Source: an uncultured Gemmatimonadaceae bacterium (GTDB lineage: Bacteria; Gemmatimonadota; Gemmatimonadetes; Gemmatimonadales; Gemmatimonadaceae). Taken from it: 64,000 bases of DNA. The DNA lies in assembly GCA_963761305.1 (NCBI GenBank), contig CAVXGK010000002.1:2624001-2688000 (forward strand), in the 5' to 3' direction. The notes below the pieces were generated by a model that saw only the letters and a program-made list of their open reading frames with translations, was not told the DNA's origin and did not search any database. This document shows, in pieces, positions 9,275 through 18,988 of the stretch. The position numbers and the translations under genes were made by a program. Positions within the stretch are counted from its first letter, which is position 1. Each line of letters begins with the position of its first letter.

Positions 9275-9343
9275 TTGGACCCCTCTCAGGCGAGCGCTAG
9301 ATTTCAAGACTGGGTCGCGGATGCCGTTCCGCGACCCGTTTTT
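9275..9343 (+). promoter_or_regulatory. putative kup promoter followed by a terminator-like hairpin
   Basis: TTGGAC-17 nt-TAGATT; hairpin GGGTCGCGGA/TCCGCGACCC followed by GTTTTT. Confidence 0.5.
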
Positions 9344-9411
9344 GCGTAGTCTCCGACGGGTCGTCTCCCGTGCGACAAAGGAGCGACGCGCCCGTTGCTG
9401 AAGCACCGTTC

Positions 9412-11541
9412 ATGACCTCTCGCCCTAGACCCGCTGGCAGTGACGCGAGCGATCCTCCGCCCGCGGGCTCGGTCTCCGGTTCGCCCGCCACCCCCACCAG
9501 CCCTCAGCCCGCCGAGTCGACGACGACGCCGCTGCCGCTTCCAGGCAGCGCGCCGCAGACGACCGGTACGACGACTGGATTTCACGCGGCGGCGGTTCCG
9601 CAGCGTCACCCCGTCGAGGCGAACCCTCGGGGCAAGCGGCTCGGCCTTCTCTCGCTGACCGCGCTCGGCATCGTCTACGGTGACATCGGGACGAGCCCGC
9701 TCTACGCGCTGCAGCAGTGTTTCACGTCGAAGGAGCACACGATTCCGCCGACCACGGCCAACGTGTACGGCGTGCTGTCGTTGATCGTGTGGCTCCTCGT
9801 GCTCGTCGTCGCCGTGAAGTACCTCGTGTTCATCATGCGCGCCGACAACCGCGGCGAGGGCGGCATTCTCGCGCTGCTGGCGTTGCTCCTCCAACAGGAG
9901 CGCCGGTCGCGGTCGCGGCGGCGTATCGTCCTCGTCGGACTCGGACTGTTCGGCGCCGCGCTGCTCTACGGCGACGGTATGATCACACCGGTGATCTCCG
10001 TGCTCGGCGCGATCGAAGGCTTGAACGTCGTCACGCCGGCGTTCCAGAGTATGATCGTGCCGGTGTCGGTGGTGATCCTGTTCATGCTGTTCGCGGTACA
10101 GCGCTTTGGCACGGGACGAGTCGGCACGGCGTTCGGGCCGATCATGTGCGTCTGGTTCGTGGCGATCGGCGGGCTGGGCTTGTGGGAAATCGCGAAAGAA
10201 CCCCGCATTCTCGCCGCGCTGAATCCGTTGCACGGTCTGCAGTTCTTCGCCGACAACGGCCGCGTCGGATTTCTCACGCTCGGCGCGGTCGTGCTCGCGG
10301 TGACGGGGGCCGAGGCGCTCTACGCGGACATGGGACACTTCGGCAAGCGGCCCATTCGACTGGCCTGGTTCGCGCTCGTCATGCCGGCGCTCCTGCTCAA
10401 CTATTTTGGCCAGGGCGCGATCCTGCTGCGCAATCCGGCCGCGGTGGCGAATCCGTTCTATTTTCTCGCGCCGCGTTCGCTCCTGGTGCCGCTCGTGGTT
10501 CTGGCGACGATGGCCGCCGTGATCGCGTCTCAGGCGCTGATCTCGGGCGCGTTCTCGCTCACGCGGCAAGCCGTGCAGCTCGGCTACTCGCCACGCGTGA
10601 CGATCCTGCACACATCGCGCAGCGTGGCCGGGCAGATCTATGTGCCGGAGATCAACAACATCCTGATGATCGGATGCCTGGTGCTCGTCATCGCGTTCGG
10701 ATCTACCCAGGCGATCGGTGCGGCCTACGGCATCGCGGTCACCGGCACGATGGCCATCACGTCGCTGCTGTTCGCCGTCGTCGCACATTCGCGATGGAAT
10801 TGGTCGCTGGGGCACGTGCTCCCGATCATGATCGCGTTCTTGACGATCGACGTGTCGCTCTTCGCGGCCAATGTGATCAAGATCTGGTACGGCGGTTGGG
10901 TGCCGATCGCGATCGCCATCGGCGTGTTCACGCTGATGAGCACGTGGAAGACGGGCCGCTATCTCCTCACCAAGACGCTCAACGCCGGCGCGCTGCCACT
11001 CGACCTCTTCCTGGGCGACGTGGCGCGACGGAAGCCGCCGCGCGTTCCGGGAACGGCCGTCTTCATGACGTCGTCCAACGAGGCCGTGCCGGTCGTGTTG
11101 CTGCACCACCTCAAGCACAACAAGGTGCTGCACGAGCAGGTGATTCTCATGTCGGTGGTCACCCACGAAGTGCCCGAAGTCCCGGCCGAGGATCGCGTGT
11201 CGGTCGAGAAGCTCGAACAAGGCTTCTATCGAGTGACGGCGGGCTACGGGTTCATGGAGTCGCCGAACGTGCCCGAGGTTCTGCAGCGCGCGCGCGATTT
11301 CGGCATCAAGGCCAAACGCAACGAGACGACCTTTTACTTGGGACGCGAGCGCGTGATCGTCGCCGACGGCAAGCAGCGCAGCGAAGCGCGGCGGCCACCT
11401 GAAGGCGTTCCGCTGCCCACGATGTCGCGGTGGCGGAAGAAGCTCTTCATCATCATGTCGCGCAACGCGCGCTCGGCGACCGAGTTCTTCGGCATTCCGC
11501 CGAACCGCGTCGTCGAGCTCGGGGCACAAGTCGAGTTCTGA
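9412..11541 (+). CDS. kup: KUP/HAK/KT potassium transporter
   Basis: GIVYGDIGTSPLYA, DNRGEGG, GDGMITP, GAEALYADMGHFG, YGFME; start 9412 or 9370. Confidence 0.97.
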   Translation: MTSRPRPAGSDASDPPPAGSVSGSPATPTSPQPAESTTTPLPLPGSAPQTTGTTTGFHAAAVPQRHPVEANPRGKRLGLLSLTALGIVYGDIGTSPLYALQQCFTSKEHTIPPTTANVYGVLSLIVWLLVLVVAVKYLVFIMRADNRGEGGILALLALLLQQERRSRSRRRIVLVGLGLFGAALLYGDGMITPVISVLGAIEGLNVVTPAFQSMIVPVSVVILFMLFAVQRFGTGRVGTAFGPIMCVWFVAIGGLGLWEIAKEPRILAALNPLHGLQFFADNGRVGFLTLGAVVLAVTGAEALYADMGHFGKRPIRLAWFALVMPALLLNYFGQGAILLRNPAAVANPFYFLAPRSLLVPLVVLATMAAVIASQALISGAFSLTRQAVQLGYSPRVTILHTSRSVAGQIYVPEINNILMIGCLVLVIAFGSTQAIGAAYGIAVTGTMAITSLLFAVVAHSRWNWSLGHVLPIMIAFLTIDVSLFAANVIKIWYGGWVPIAIAIGVFTLMSTWKTGRYLLTKTLNAGALPLDLFLGDVARRKPPRVPGTAVFMTSSNEAVPVVLLHHLKHNKVLHEQVILMSVVTHEVPEVPAEDRVSVEKLEQGFYRVTAGYGFMESPNVPEVLQRARDFGIKAKRNETTFYLGRERVIVADGKQRSEARRPPEGVPLPTMSRWRKKLFIIMSRNARSATEFFGIPPNRVVELGAQVEF

Positions 11542-11543
11542 CG

Positions 11544-11584
11544 AAAAAACGACGCCGGGCGAAAGACACATCGCCCGGCGTCGT
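11544..11584 (-). terminator. terminator between convergent kup and the PDZ gene
   Basis: 14-bp inverted repeat ACGACGCCGGGCGA/TCGCCCGGCGTCGT with an A6 tract on the left. Confidence 0.75.
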
Positions 11585-11607
11585 GCACTGCCCCCCGGCG
11601 TTTCAGC

Positions 11608-12603
11608 TCACCACGAGACGCGATTGCCGAACGCGAAGCCGCGTCCGACACCGGCCAGCGCTCCACCCACCGCGGTGCTGGCGATGCGCGCGCCGTCGAT
11701 CGCGCGCCGAACCTGGTCGCCGATGTCCTGGCCGCCGATGGCCATCGGACCGACGATCCGCGGAAAATCGAAGTTGTCGCCGCCCATGATGGTGACCGAG
11801 CGATTTCGACGTGAGAAGTCCGAGGCACGCGCCGCCTTCAACGTGACGTTCTTGTACTGCCCGTTGAAGTAGACGCGGAGCGTGGCGTCGTCGCCGGGCT
11901 TGAGCCGCGAGATCTCGCGCTCGAGCCGTGACACCGTCGACGTCCGGAACATCATGTCGTCTTCGTCGGTCGAGTGGCTGGCGCGGACGTCGACGGTGTT
12001 GATCGACGCGATGCGGCTTCCTTCTTCGATGCCCGCTTTCGCGGCCGGTCCGTTTTCGTCGACGCCGAGCACGAACACGCCGAGCGAGTCGCGGCGGCTG
12101 CCGGTGCTGGCGAGCTGGAGACCGAGCGACGCGCGGTCGTCGAGCGTCCGCCGCGAGAGCGACTCATAGAGCGAATCGGAGGAGATCGTCTTCACCTTCA
12201 CCGCCTTCGTCTGTCCGCTGGTGTAGACGTGGAGGTCGACCTCGTCGCCCGGCTTGAGCTTGTCGAGCTCGCGCGTCAAACGCCGCGTCATGACGCCGGC
12301 CATGTCGTCGTCGCCGACGTCGGCAGCGTTGAGCTTGAGGTTCACGCCGTCGATCGACGCGATCCGGTTCCCTTCCTCGAGGCCCGCCTTGTCGGCGGGG
12401 CTTCCCGTCCGGATCGAGGTGACGAGTACGCCGAGCGTGTCGCGGCTCGACACGGCGCTCGACGTCGTGATGCCGATGACGGCTTGGGGCTGGCCCGTCA
12501 GGGACAGCCGGTACGGTCCGGCCTCGACCCGCGCCCGCGCGGGGTTCTGTGCGGCGAGCGCGCTCGCGGCGAGCAGGGCGGGGCTCAGAGCAATCAGTCG
12601 CAT
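11608..12603 (-). CDS. exported tandem-PDZ-domain protein
   Basis: Signal peptide; two PDZ repeats (GSPADKAGLEEGNRI, GPAAKAGIEEGSRI); no protease domain visible. Confidence 0.85.
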   Translation of the reverse strand: MRLIALSPALLAASALAAQNPARARVEAGPYRLSLTGQPQAVIGITTSSAVSSRDTLGVLVTSIRTGSPADKAGLEEGNRIASIDGVNLKLNAADVGDDDMAGVMTRRLTRELDKLKPGDEVDLHVYTSGQTKAVKVKTISSDSLYESLSRRTLDDRASLGLQLASTGSRRDSLGVFVLGVDENGPAAKAGIEEGSRIASINTVDVRASHSTDEDDMMFRTSTVSRLEREISRLKPGDDATLRVYFNGQYKNVTLKAARASDFSRRNRSVTIMGGDNFDFPRIVGPMAIGGQDIGDQVRRAIDGARIASTAVGGALAGVGRGFAFGNRVSW

Positions 12604-12707
12604 AAGACCTCGTGAAATCGTGGATGTGCGACCTGTGAGTCACGCCGTCGACCGAGGAGGGTTTACTGGCCGCCTTCCCCCGGGTCCCGCGTGGCCTACC
12701 TTGTGGC

Positions 12708-13847
12708 ATGACTCAGGAAGCACCCACCCGCCCGACCGTCGACCTTCACACCTTCCACCATCACTGGCAGGACGAGGCCGACGCGGCGTATCTGTATCGG
12801 CTGTTGGCCGGCGCCGAGAAGGATGCGAAAAAAAGCGACCTGTATCGCCGGCTCGCCGATGTCGAGGACCGACACGTCGAGATCTGGGCGACGCTGCTGC
12901 GCGAGCACGGCGGCGACCCCGGGACGTTCCGGCCCAGCGCGCGGACGAAGCTTCTCGCGAATCTCGGCAAGGTGCTGGGTCCTGGATTTCTGCTCCCGAT
13001 GCTGCTCGCCGAGGAAGGGCGCGAGGTCAGAAGCTATCTCGACATGCACCGGCGGACGACGCGCGGCGCGCCGGGGGCTTCGGAATCGCTGCTCCTGGCG
13101 CGTGAGTCGGCCGAGCACGCGACGACGCTCACCGAGATTTCCGGGCGGAGCGGCGAGCCATGGCACCGCGCCGAGTCGGGCGGGTTCCTGCGCAACGTCG
13201 TCTACGGATTCAACGACGGGCTGACGGCGAACTTCGGTCTCGTCGCGGGCGTGATCGGCGCGTCAGCCCAGGCGGCGCATCACACGGTGATCGTGGCCGG
13301 CGTGGCCGGTCTCATCGCCGACGCGCTGTCCATGGGGTCGAGCGGCTATCTGGCGGCAAAGAGCGAGCAGGAGGTCTACGCCAACGAGATCGCGATGGAG
13401 CGCGACGAGATCGCGTTGATGCCCGAGGTCGAGCGCGACGAGCTGGCCCTGATCTACGAGACGAAGGGCATGTCGGCGGATTCCGCGCTCGCGCTGGCGA
13501 CGGAGGTGATGGGCGATCCGCAGCGGATGCTGCACGAACAGGTGCAGCAGGAGCTCGGCATCGGCGATCCCCACATGTCGCCGCTGCGCGAGGGCTGGGT
13601 GACGGGCGGGGCGACGGCGATCGGCGCGTTCATCCCGGTCTTTCCATTTCTCATATGGTCCGGCACGACGGCCGTGGTGTTGTCGTTCACCGTCTCGATG
13701 GCGTCGCACTGGATCGTCGGCGCGGCGAGGTCGGTGTTCACGGGCCGCAGCGTGTTCCGGTCCGGCCTCGACATGTTCGTCGTGGGACTCGGCGTGGCCG
13801 TCGTCGCCTATTTCGTTGGCGAATGGATCGCTCGGCTCATCGCGTAG
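12708..13847 (+). CDS. rubrerythrin/ferritin-like domain fused to VIT1/CCC1 transporter
   Basis: N-terminal DEADAAYLY..EDRH; C-terminal LRNVVYGFNDGL, ALSMG, IPVFPF. Confidence 0.9.
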   Translation: MTQEAPTRPTVDLHTFHHHWQDEADAAYLYRLLAGAEKDAKKSDLYRRLADVEDRHVEIWATLLREHGGDPGTFRPSARTKLLANLGKVLGPGFLLPMLLAEEGREVRSYLDMHRRTTRGAPGASESLLLARESAEHATTLTEISGRSGEPWHRAESGGFLRNVVYGFNDGLTANFGLVAGVIGASAQAAHHTVIVAGVAGLIADALSMGSSGYLAAKSEQEVYANEIAMERDEIALMPEVERDELALIYETKGMSADSALALATEVMGDPQRMLHEQVQQELGIGDPHMSPLREGWVTGGATAIGAFIPVFPFLIWSGTTAVVLSFTVSMASHWIVGAARSVFTGRSVFRSGLDMFVVGLGVAVVAYFVGEWIARLIA

Positions 13848-13867
13848 TCCTTTTCGCTCCGACAACT

Positions 13868-14159
13868 GCACCTGCGCCCTGAACTGCTCAACTCAAGACG
13901 CAGAGGTCGCAGAGACGCAGAGGGTTCTCCGCCCGGGTGGTGAAATCGCAGCGGGCCGGGAGAAGTGCCTTTTTGTTACAGCCGCTCGGGAAGCCCCTGA
14001 GCGCACGGTGCCCATGACGTCCCGAGCGGCTGTTCCCAAAAAAACACGTCCCTTGCAGGCCGAACCCTGGCTGATGTGCAGTTCTCTGGGTTCTCTGCGC
14101 CTCTGAGTCGAAGCAGTTGCCGTTGCTGTTGCTGTTGCTGTTGGTGTTGGCGCAGATGC
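13868..14159. repeat. nested palindromic intergenic element, copy B, plus GTTGCT tandem repeats
   Basis: Arms AACTGC..CGCAGAG repeats / CTCTGCG..GCAGTT; perfect 14-bp inner inverted repeat 13978-13991/14020-14033; lies between convergent genes. Confidence 0.8.
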
Positions 14160-16670
14160 TCAGACGACGACGTTGAGCAGTCGCCCCGGAACGAAGATGA
14201 CTTTCTTCGGCGTGCCGGTGACGAACTTCGCGATGGCCTGATCGGCGAGCGCGGCGGCTTGCGCGGCGTCCTGGCCGGCGCCGGTCGGGATCTGCACGGT
14301 GCCGCGTGTCTTTCCGTTCACCTGCACCGCGATCGTCACCAGATCCTCGGCCGCGATGGCCGGATCGAATGACGGCCACCCCGAGTCGAACACGCTCTGG
14401 TCGTGGCCCATTCGTTCCCACAGCTCCTCGGCGACGTGCGGCGCGAAGGGCGACACGAGCTGCACCAGCGGCTCGACTTCGGCGCGGTGCGCGGTGCGTT
14501 CCTCGCGGCGCACGACATTGATGTACTCCATCATCGCCGCGATGGCCGTGTTGTAGCTCAGCGCGGGAATGTCGGACGACACCTTCTTGATCGTCTGGTG
14601 GAGCTTGCGCATGACGAGCGGATCCGGCGTGCCGGTGGAGCCCGCGCCGTCGACCGACGCCCACAGTCGCTCGATGAATCGGCGAACGCCGGCGATGCTC
14701 TGATCGCGGAAGTCGCCGCCTTCCTCGTACGGGCCGAGGAACATGAGGTACGTGCGGAACGTGTCGGCGCCCCAGCGCTCGACGTACTCGTCGGGAATCA
14801 CGACGTTGCCGCGGCTCTTCGACATCTTGGCGCCGTCGCGCACGATCGTGCCGTGCGCGCGGAAGCGCGTGAACGGCTCCTCGAAGCGGAGCATCCCGGC
14901 GTCGTGCAGCACCATGGTCGTGAAGCGCGAGTACAGCAGATGAAGAACGGCGTGCTCGTTGCCGCCGATGTACGACTCGACGGGAAGCCATTTCTCCGTG
15001 CGCGCGGCGTCGAACGCGACGTCGTCGCGCTCGGTGCTCGGGTAGCGCAGGAAGTACCACGCGCTGTCGAGGAACGTGTCGGACACGTCGGTCTCGCGCC
15101 GCGCCGGTCCGCCGCACGACGGACACTTCACGCGATACCACGACTCGACGCGCGCCAGCGGCGAGACGCCGGTGTCGTCGGGCTTGAAGTCCTCGACGAA
15201 CGGCAGCTCGACCGGCAGGTCTTTCTCCGGCACCGGCACGGTGCCGCACTTGTCGCAATAGATGATCGGGATCGGCGGACCCCAATAGCGCTGCCGAGAG
15301 ATGCACCAATCGTGCAGCCGATAGTTCACGATCGCGCGCCCGTGTCCTTTGACGTTGAGCCAGTTGGTGATCTCACGCTTTCCGTCCTCGATGCTCGACC
15401 CGGAGAACTCGCCGGAATTCACAAGCCGCGCGCCGTCGATGTCCGTGTACGCTTCGTCGAGGCGCGCGTGCGCGGCGTGCGGCCCCGGGCCGGCGACGAC
15501 GCGCACGATCGGCAGATCGAACTCATTCGCGAACTCGAAATCGCGTTCGTCGTGGCCCGGAACGGCCATGATCGCGCCGGTCCCGTACTCCATCAGCACG
15601 TAGTCGGCGACCCACACCGGGATCGGCCGCTGCGTCGCGGGGTTGATCGCATACGAGCCGGTGAAGACGCCCGTCTTCTCCTTGCTGACTTTCCGGGAGA
15701 CGATGTCTTGCTTTGCGGCGCGCGCGACGTACCCCAGGACGGCATCGCGCTGCTCGTCGGTCGTCAGCCTGTCGAGCAGCGGATGCTCCGGCGCGAGAAC
15801 GAGATAGGTCGCGCCGAAGATCGTATCCGGCCGGGTCGTGAAGACCTTGATGTCGATCGGCTGGAGCGTGTACTCCCCGCTCAGCCCGATCTCGGTGGTC
15901 GCCGTCCCGGTGAGCTCTTCGAGATCCTGGACGCGAAAGACGATCTCGGCCCCGTCGGACCGGCCGATCCAGTTGCGCTGTGCCTGCTTGGTCGAGTCCG
16001 ACCAGTCCAGGCGATCCAGGTTGTCGAGCAGTCGTCCGGCGTAGTCGGTGATGCGGAAGAACCACTGCTCCAGGAACCGCTGTTCGACCCGGGCCCCGCA
16101 CCGTTCGCACTCGCCGGCGATGACCTGTTCGTTGGCGAGGACGGTCTTGTCGTTGGGGCACCAGTTGACGGCCGCGCCCTTCTTGTACGCCAGGCCGCGC
16201 TTATAAAGCTGTAAAAACAGCCATTGCGTCCACTTGTAGTACCGCGGGTCTGTGGTCGAGAGCTCGCGGTCCCAGTCGATCATCAGTCCGGCACGCTTAA
16301 GCTGGCGGCGGAAGTTGTCGATGTTTCTAGGGATCAGTGTCGCGGGATGGGTTCCGACCTTGAGCGCGAAATTCTCGGAGTGTATGCCAAACGCGTCATA
16401 ACCCAGCGGCTCCAGGACCGTGTGGCCCTGTAAACGCTGGAATCGTCCATAGATGTCGCTACCGGTGAACGCGAAGAGGTTGCCGACGTGAAGTCCTTCG
16501 GCGGACGGGTACGGGAACATCATGAGGGCGTAGAACGGCCTTATGCCCTGGTCGATGTCGGTCGTGTTCGTCCCGTGAGCCTCCCAGCGTTCCTGCCATT
16601 TTCGTTCGATGGCGCCGGGGTCGTAGCCCCCCGGCTCGGTGGCCGAGGTTCGTTCGAGTGGTTCAGTCAT
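14160..16670 (-). CDS. leuS: leucine--tRNA ligase
   Basis: MFPYPSAEGLHVGN (HIGH), FTTRPDT, YGTGAIMAVPGHD, DWCISRQRYWG, KMSKS. Confidence 0.98.
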   Translation of the reverse strand: MTEPLERTSATEPGGYDPGAIERKWQERWEAHGTNTTDIDQGIRPFYALMMFPYPSAEGLHVGNLFAFTGSDIYGRFQRLQGHTVLEPLGYDAFGIHSENFALKVGTHPATLIPRNIDNFRRQLKRAGLMIDWDRELSTTDPRYYKWTQWLFLQLYKRGLAYKKGAAVNWCPNDKTVLANEQVIAGECERCGARVEQRFLEQWFFRITDYAGRLLDNLDRLDWSDSTKQAQRNWIGRSDGAEIVFRVQDLEELTGTATTEIGLSGEYTLQPIDIKVFTTRPDTIFGATYLVLAPEHPLLDRLTTDEQRDAVLGYVARAAKQDIVSRKVSKEKTGVFTGSYAINPATQRPIPVWVADYVLMEYGTGAIMAVPGHDERDFEFANEFDLPIVRVVAGPGPHAAHARLDEAYTDIDGARLVNSGEFSGSSIEDGKREITNWLNVKGHGRAIVNYRLHDWCISRQRYWGPPIPIIYCDKCGTVPVPEKDLPVELPFVEDFKPDDTGVSPLARVESWYRVKCPSCGGPARRETDVSDTFLDSAWYFLRYPSTERDDVAFDAARTEKWLPVESYIGGNEHAVLHLLYSRFTTMVLHDAGMLRFEEPFTRFRAHGTIVRDGAKMSKSRGNVVIPDEYVERWGADTFRTYLMFLGPYEEGGDFRDQSIAGVRRFIERLWASVDGAGSTGTPDPLVMRKLHQTIKKVSSDIPALSYNTAIAAMMEYINVVRREERTAHRAEVEPLVQLVSPFAPHVAEELWERMGHDQSVFDSGWPSFDPAIAAEDLVTIAVQVNGKTRGTVQIPTGAGQDAAQAAALADQAIAKFVTGTPKKVIFVPGRLLNVVV

Positions 16671-16727
16671 GATGTGCGGAGTTACAGCGGAATCTAGCCG
16701 TCGATGAACCCACGTCCCAGTACGAGC

Positions 16728-18965
16728 ATGTTCGCAATCTCGCATTCCCCGGGTGGCCGTCAGTCGGCGCGTTCTCTGCGCTGGCGGATCCTGAGCCTGG
16801 CGGGAGGCGGGGCGCTCCTCGTGCTCGGCATCGTGGGCTACGCGGGACTCCTCATGCTGCAGAAGTCGATCGCCGGCGACGAAGACGCACGCATCGTCAG
16901 CTCGGCGTCGCTCTCCCAGCAGCTCGTGCAGCGCCTCCTCGCGGAGCGCGCGCGACAGGTCCAGCTCATCGCGTCCGAGCCGACGGTGATCGCCGCGGTC
17001 AAGAAGGGCACGGAGGTGTCGCGCGCGAAAGGCCTTGAGAACCACTCGATCGCTGACCTCGAGCAGATGTTCAAGGTCGCGCGCTCCCAGCAGGTGGACG
17101 ACAACGCTCTCCGTTACCTGAACGCGCTGCTCCCCAAGCTCGACATCGCCGAAGTCATGCTCACCGATGAATTCGGCTACAACGCGGTCACGACGTCCTT
17201 GTCGTCGGACTTCGTACAGAGTGATGAGGCGTGGTGGCAGGCGGCATGGGGTAACGGACTGACGACCGCGCAGGCGACGATCGATCCGGTCATTGGACGC
17301 ACGGTCGTCGAGCTCGCGGGTGTCGTGCGCGACGGCAACACGCGCGTCGGCGTCTTGAAGGTGAAGTTCGGTCTGTCGCTGGTCGACTCGGTCCTCGCAC
17401 AGGGCAGCGGCAGCGGCTCGAGCCTTCGCGTGGACCTCGTGGACTCAGCGGGCAAGATCATCGCCAGCTCCGGCCACGCCGCGCGCTTCAGGAACCTGTC
17501 GGGCTTCTCGACCGTCGCCACGCAAGACGCGGGGTCGGTCTTCAACTTCTCGGCCGACTCCATCCGGCAACGAGGTTCGGTGTTCGCGACGAACGCCGGC
17601 CGCTGGCGCGTCGTGGCGCACATGAGCGTCGCCGACGCGAGCCGCGCGTACAACGAGGCGCGCTGGGGACTGCTCATCGGGCTGTTGCTGATGCTCGCCT
17701 TGATCCTCACGTCCCTCTCGGTGGTCGGACGGTTCATCGAGCGACGCATCACCGGCCCGGCACGCGAGCTCGCGGTCGCCGCTGAGGCGGTCGCCGCCGG
17801 CGACCTGTCGAAGCAGATTTCGCAGACGGGCGACGAGGACGAGATCGGACGCCTCGCCAAGGCGATCGCCGCGATGATCTCCGAGCTGCGACGTCTGGCG
17901 ACCGCGCTGAACGAGTCCGCCGCGGAAACCGGCAGCATGACGGTCGAGATCACGTCGAGCTCCGAGGAGATGGCGGCGTCGGCCGGGCAGATCGCCCACA
18001 CGGCGTCCGATCTCTCACAGCAGTCGAGCGTGATGGCCGAGACGATTCAGGCGTTGGCCGCGTCGTCGGAAGACCTCGTCGGCTTGGCAGCGAGTCTGGA
18101 CGCCGGCGCGCACGAAGGCGTCGAGCGCAACGCGCGACTTCGCGCGCTCGCCCTGGAGAATCGCGCGCGTCTCGACGACAGCTCGCGCTCGCTGTCGACG
18201 CTGAGCGCCGACGTCGAGGCGAACGCCGCGGCGGTCGAGCAGCTCGCGTCAGCGTCGGAAGAGGTTCGAACGTTCGTCACTCTCGTACAAAAGCTCGCGC
18301 GCCAGTCGAAGCTGCTCGCGCTCAACGCGGCGATGGAAGCCGCTCGCGCGGGCGAGCACGGACACGGCTTTGCGGTCGTCGCCGAAGAGGTTCGCCGCTT
18401 GGCGGCGATGTCGTCGGACGCCGCCGAACGGACGGAACGCGTCGTCGGCGACGTGCTCCGAGGCGTCGCCCAGTCGCGCGCGTCGAGCGATCGGACGGTG
18501 GGGACGGTCCGTACGGTGCGAGACGCGACCGAACAGGGCTCGCAGTCGTTCGGCCAGATCGAGCACGCGGTGGCCGAGGCCGACACGTGGACCGGGTCGA
18601 TCGAGAATGCGGTTCACGCGGCGAGCAGCCTCGTGCGCGAGATGCGCGCCAAGCTCGACTCGTTGGCCGTTGGGACCGACTCGTTCGCCGCCGCGATGCA
18701 GGAAGTCGCCGCCTCGAGCGAAGAGCAGAGCGCGAGCACCGAAGAGATTGCGGCCGCCGCGGGCACGCTGTCCGGTGCGGCCGAGCGACTCACCGTGCTC
18801 GTGTCGAACCTGCGCCTCGAACAGCCGCAGGCACCGGCGCCGAAGAGCAACAACGACGACTTCAACGGGCCGCCCGGCGAGACACCGCTCGCGGCAGTGC
18901 TGCGTCGCGCGAGCCAGCCGCGCAGCATGCCCGCCGTTCGCGTCGGCAAGCCGCTCCGGGCCTAG
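16728..18965 (+). CDS. methyl-accepting chemotaxis protein (periplasmic sensor, HAMP, MA domain)
   Basis: Two TM helices; HAMP DEIGRLA; LLALNAAMEAARAGEHGHGFAVVAEEVRRLA; start 16704 or 16728. Confidence 0.93.
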   Translation: MFAISHSPGGRQSARSLRWRILSLAGGGALLVLGIVGYAGLLMLQKSIAGDEDARIVSSASLSQQLVQRLLAERARQVQLIASEPTVIAAVKKGTEVSRAKGLENHSIADLEQMFKVARSQQVDDNALRYLNALLPKLDIAEVMLTDEFGYNAVTTSLSSDFVQSDEAWWQAAWGNGLTTAQATIDPVIGRTVVELAGVVRDGNTRVGVLKVKFGLSLVDSVLAQGSGSGSSLRVDLVDSAGKIIASSGHAARFRNLSGFSTVATQDAGSVFNFSADSIRQRGSVFATNAGRWRVVAHMSVADASRAYNEARWGLLIGLLLMLALILTSLSVVGRFIERRITGPARELAVAAEAVAAGDLSKQISQTGDEDEIGRLAKAIAAMISELRRLATALNESAAETGSMTVEITSSSEEMAASAGQIAHTASDLSQQSSVMAETIQALAASSEDLVGLAASLDAGAHEGVERNARLRALALENRARLDDSSRSLSTLSADVEANAAAVEQLASASEEVRTFVTLVQKLARQSKLLALNAAMEAARAGEHGHGFAVVAEEVRRLAAMSSDAAERTERVVGDVLRGVAQSRASSDRTVGTVRTVRDATEQGSQSFGQIEHAVAEADTWTGSIENAVHAASSLVREMRAKLDSLAVGTDSFAAAMQEVAASSEEQSASTEEIAAAAGTLSGAAERLTVLVSNLRLEQPQAPAPKSNNDDFNGPPGETPLAAVLRRASQPRSMPAVRVGKPLRA

Positions 18966-18988
18966 TCCGCAGTCGGCGTCTTACCGAA

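Noticed and set aside
9247..9411. c-di-AMP (ydaO) riboswitch upstream of kup
   Set aside because: Could not recognise its conserved elements, and the leader appears too short; kept only as a generic hairpin finding
12708..13847. Ferritin-like + VIT1 fusion as novel
   Set aside because: Known architecture (MbfA-like / rubrerythrin-VIT1 proteins)
16190..16470. AT-richer codons in the 5' part of leuS (and in the ECF gene at about 53755-54500) as a sign of horizontal transfer
   Set aside because: Proteins are intact housekeeping types with no mobility signatures; could reflect embedded promoters or 5' codon bias; not quantified
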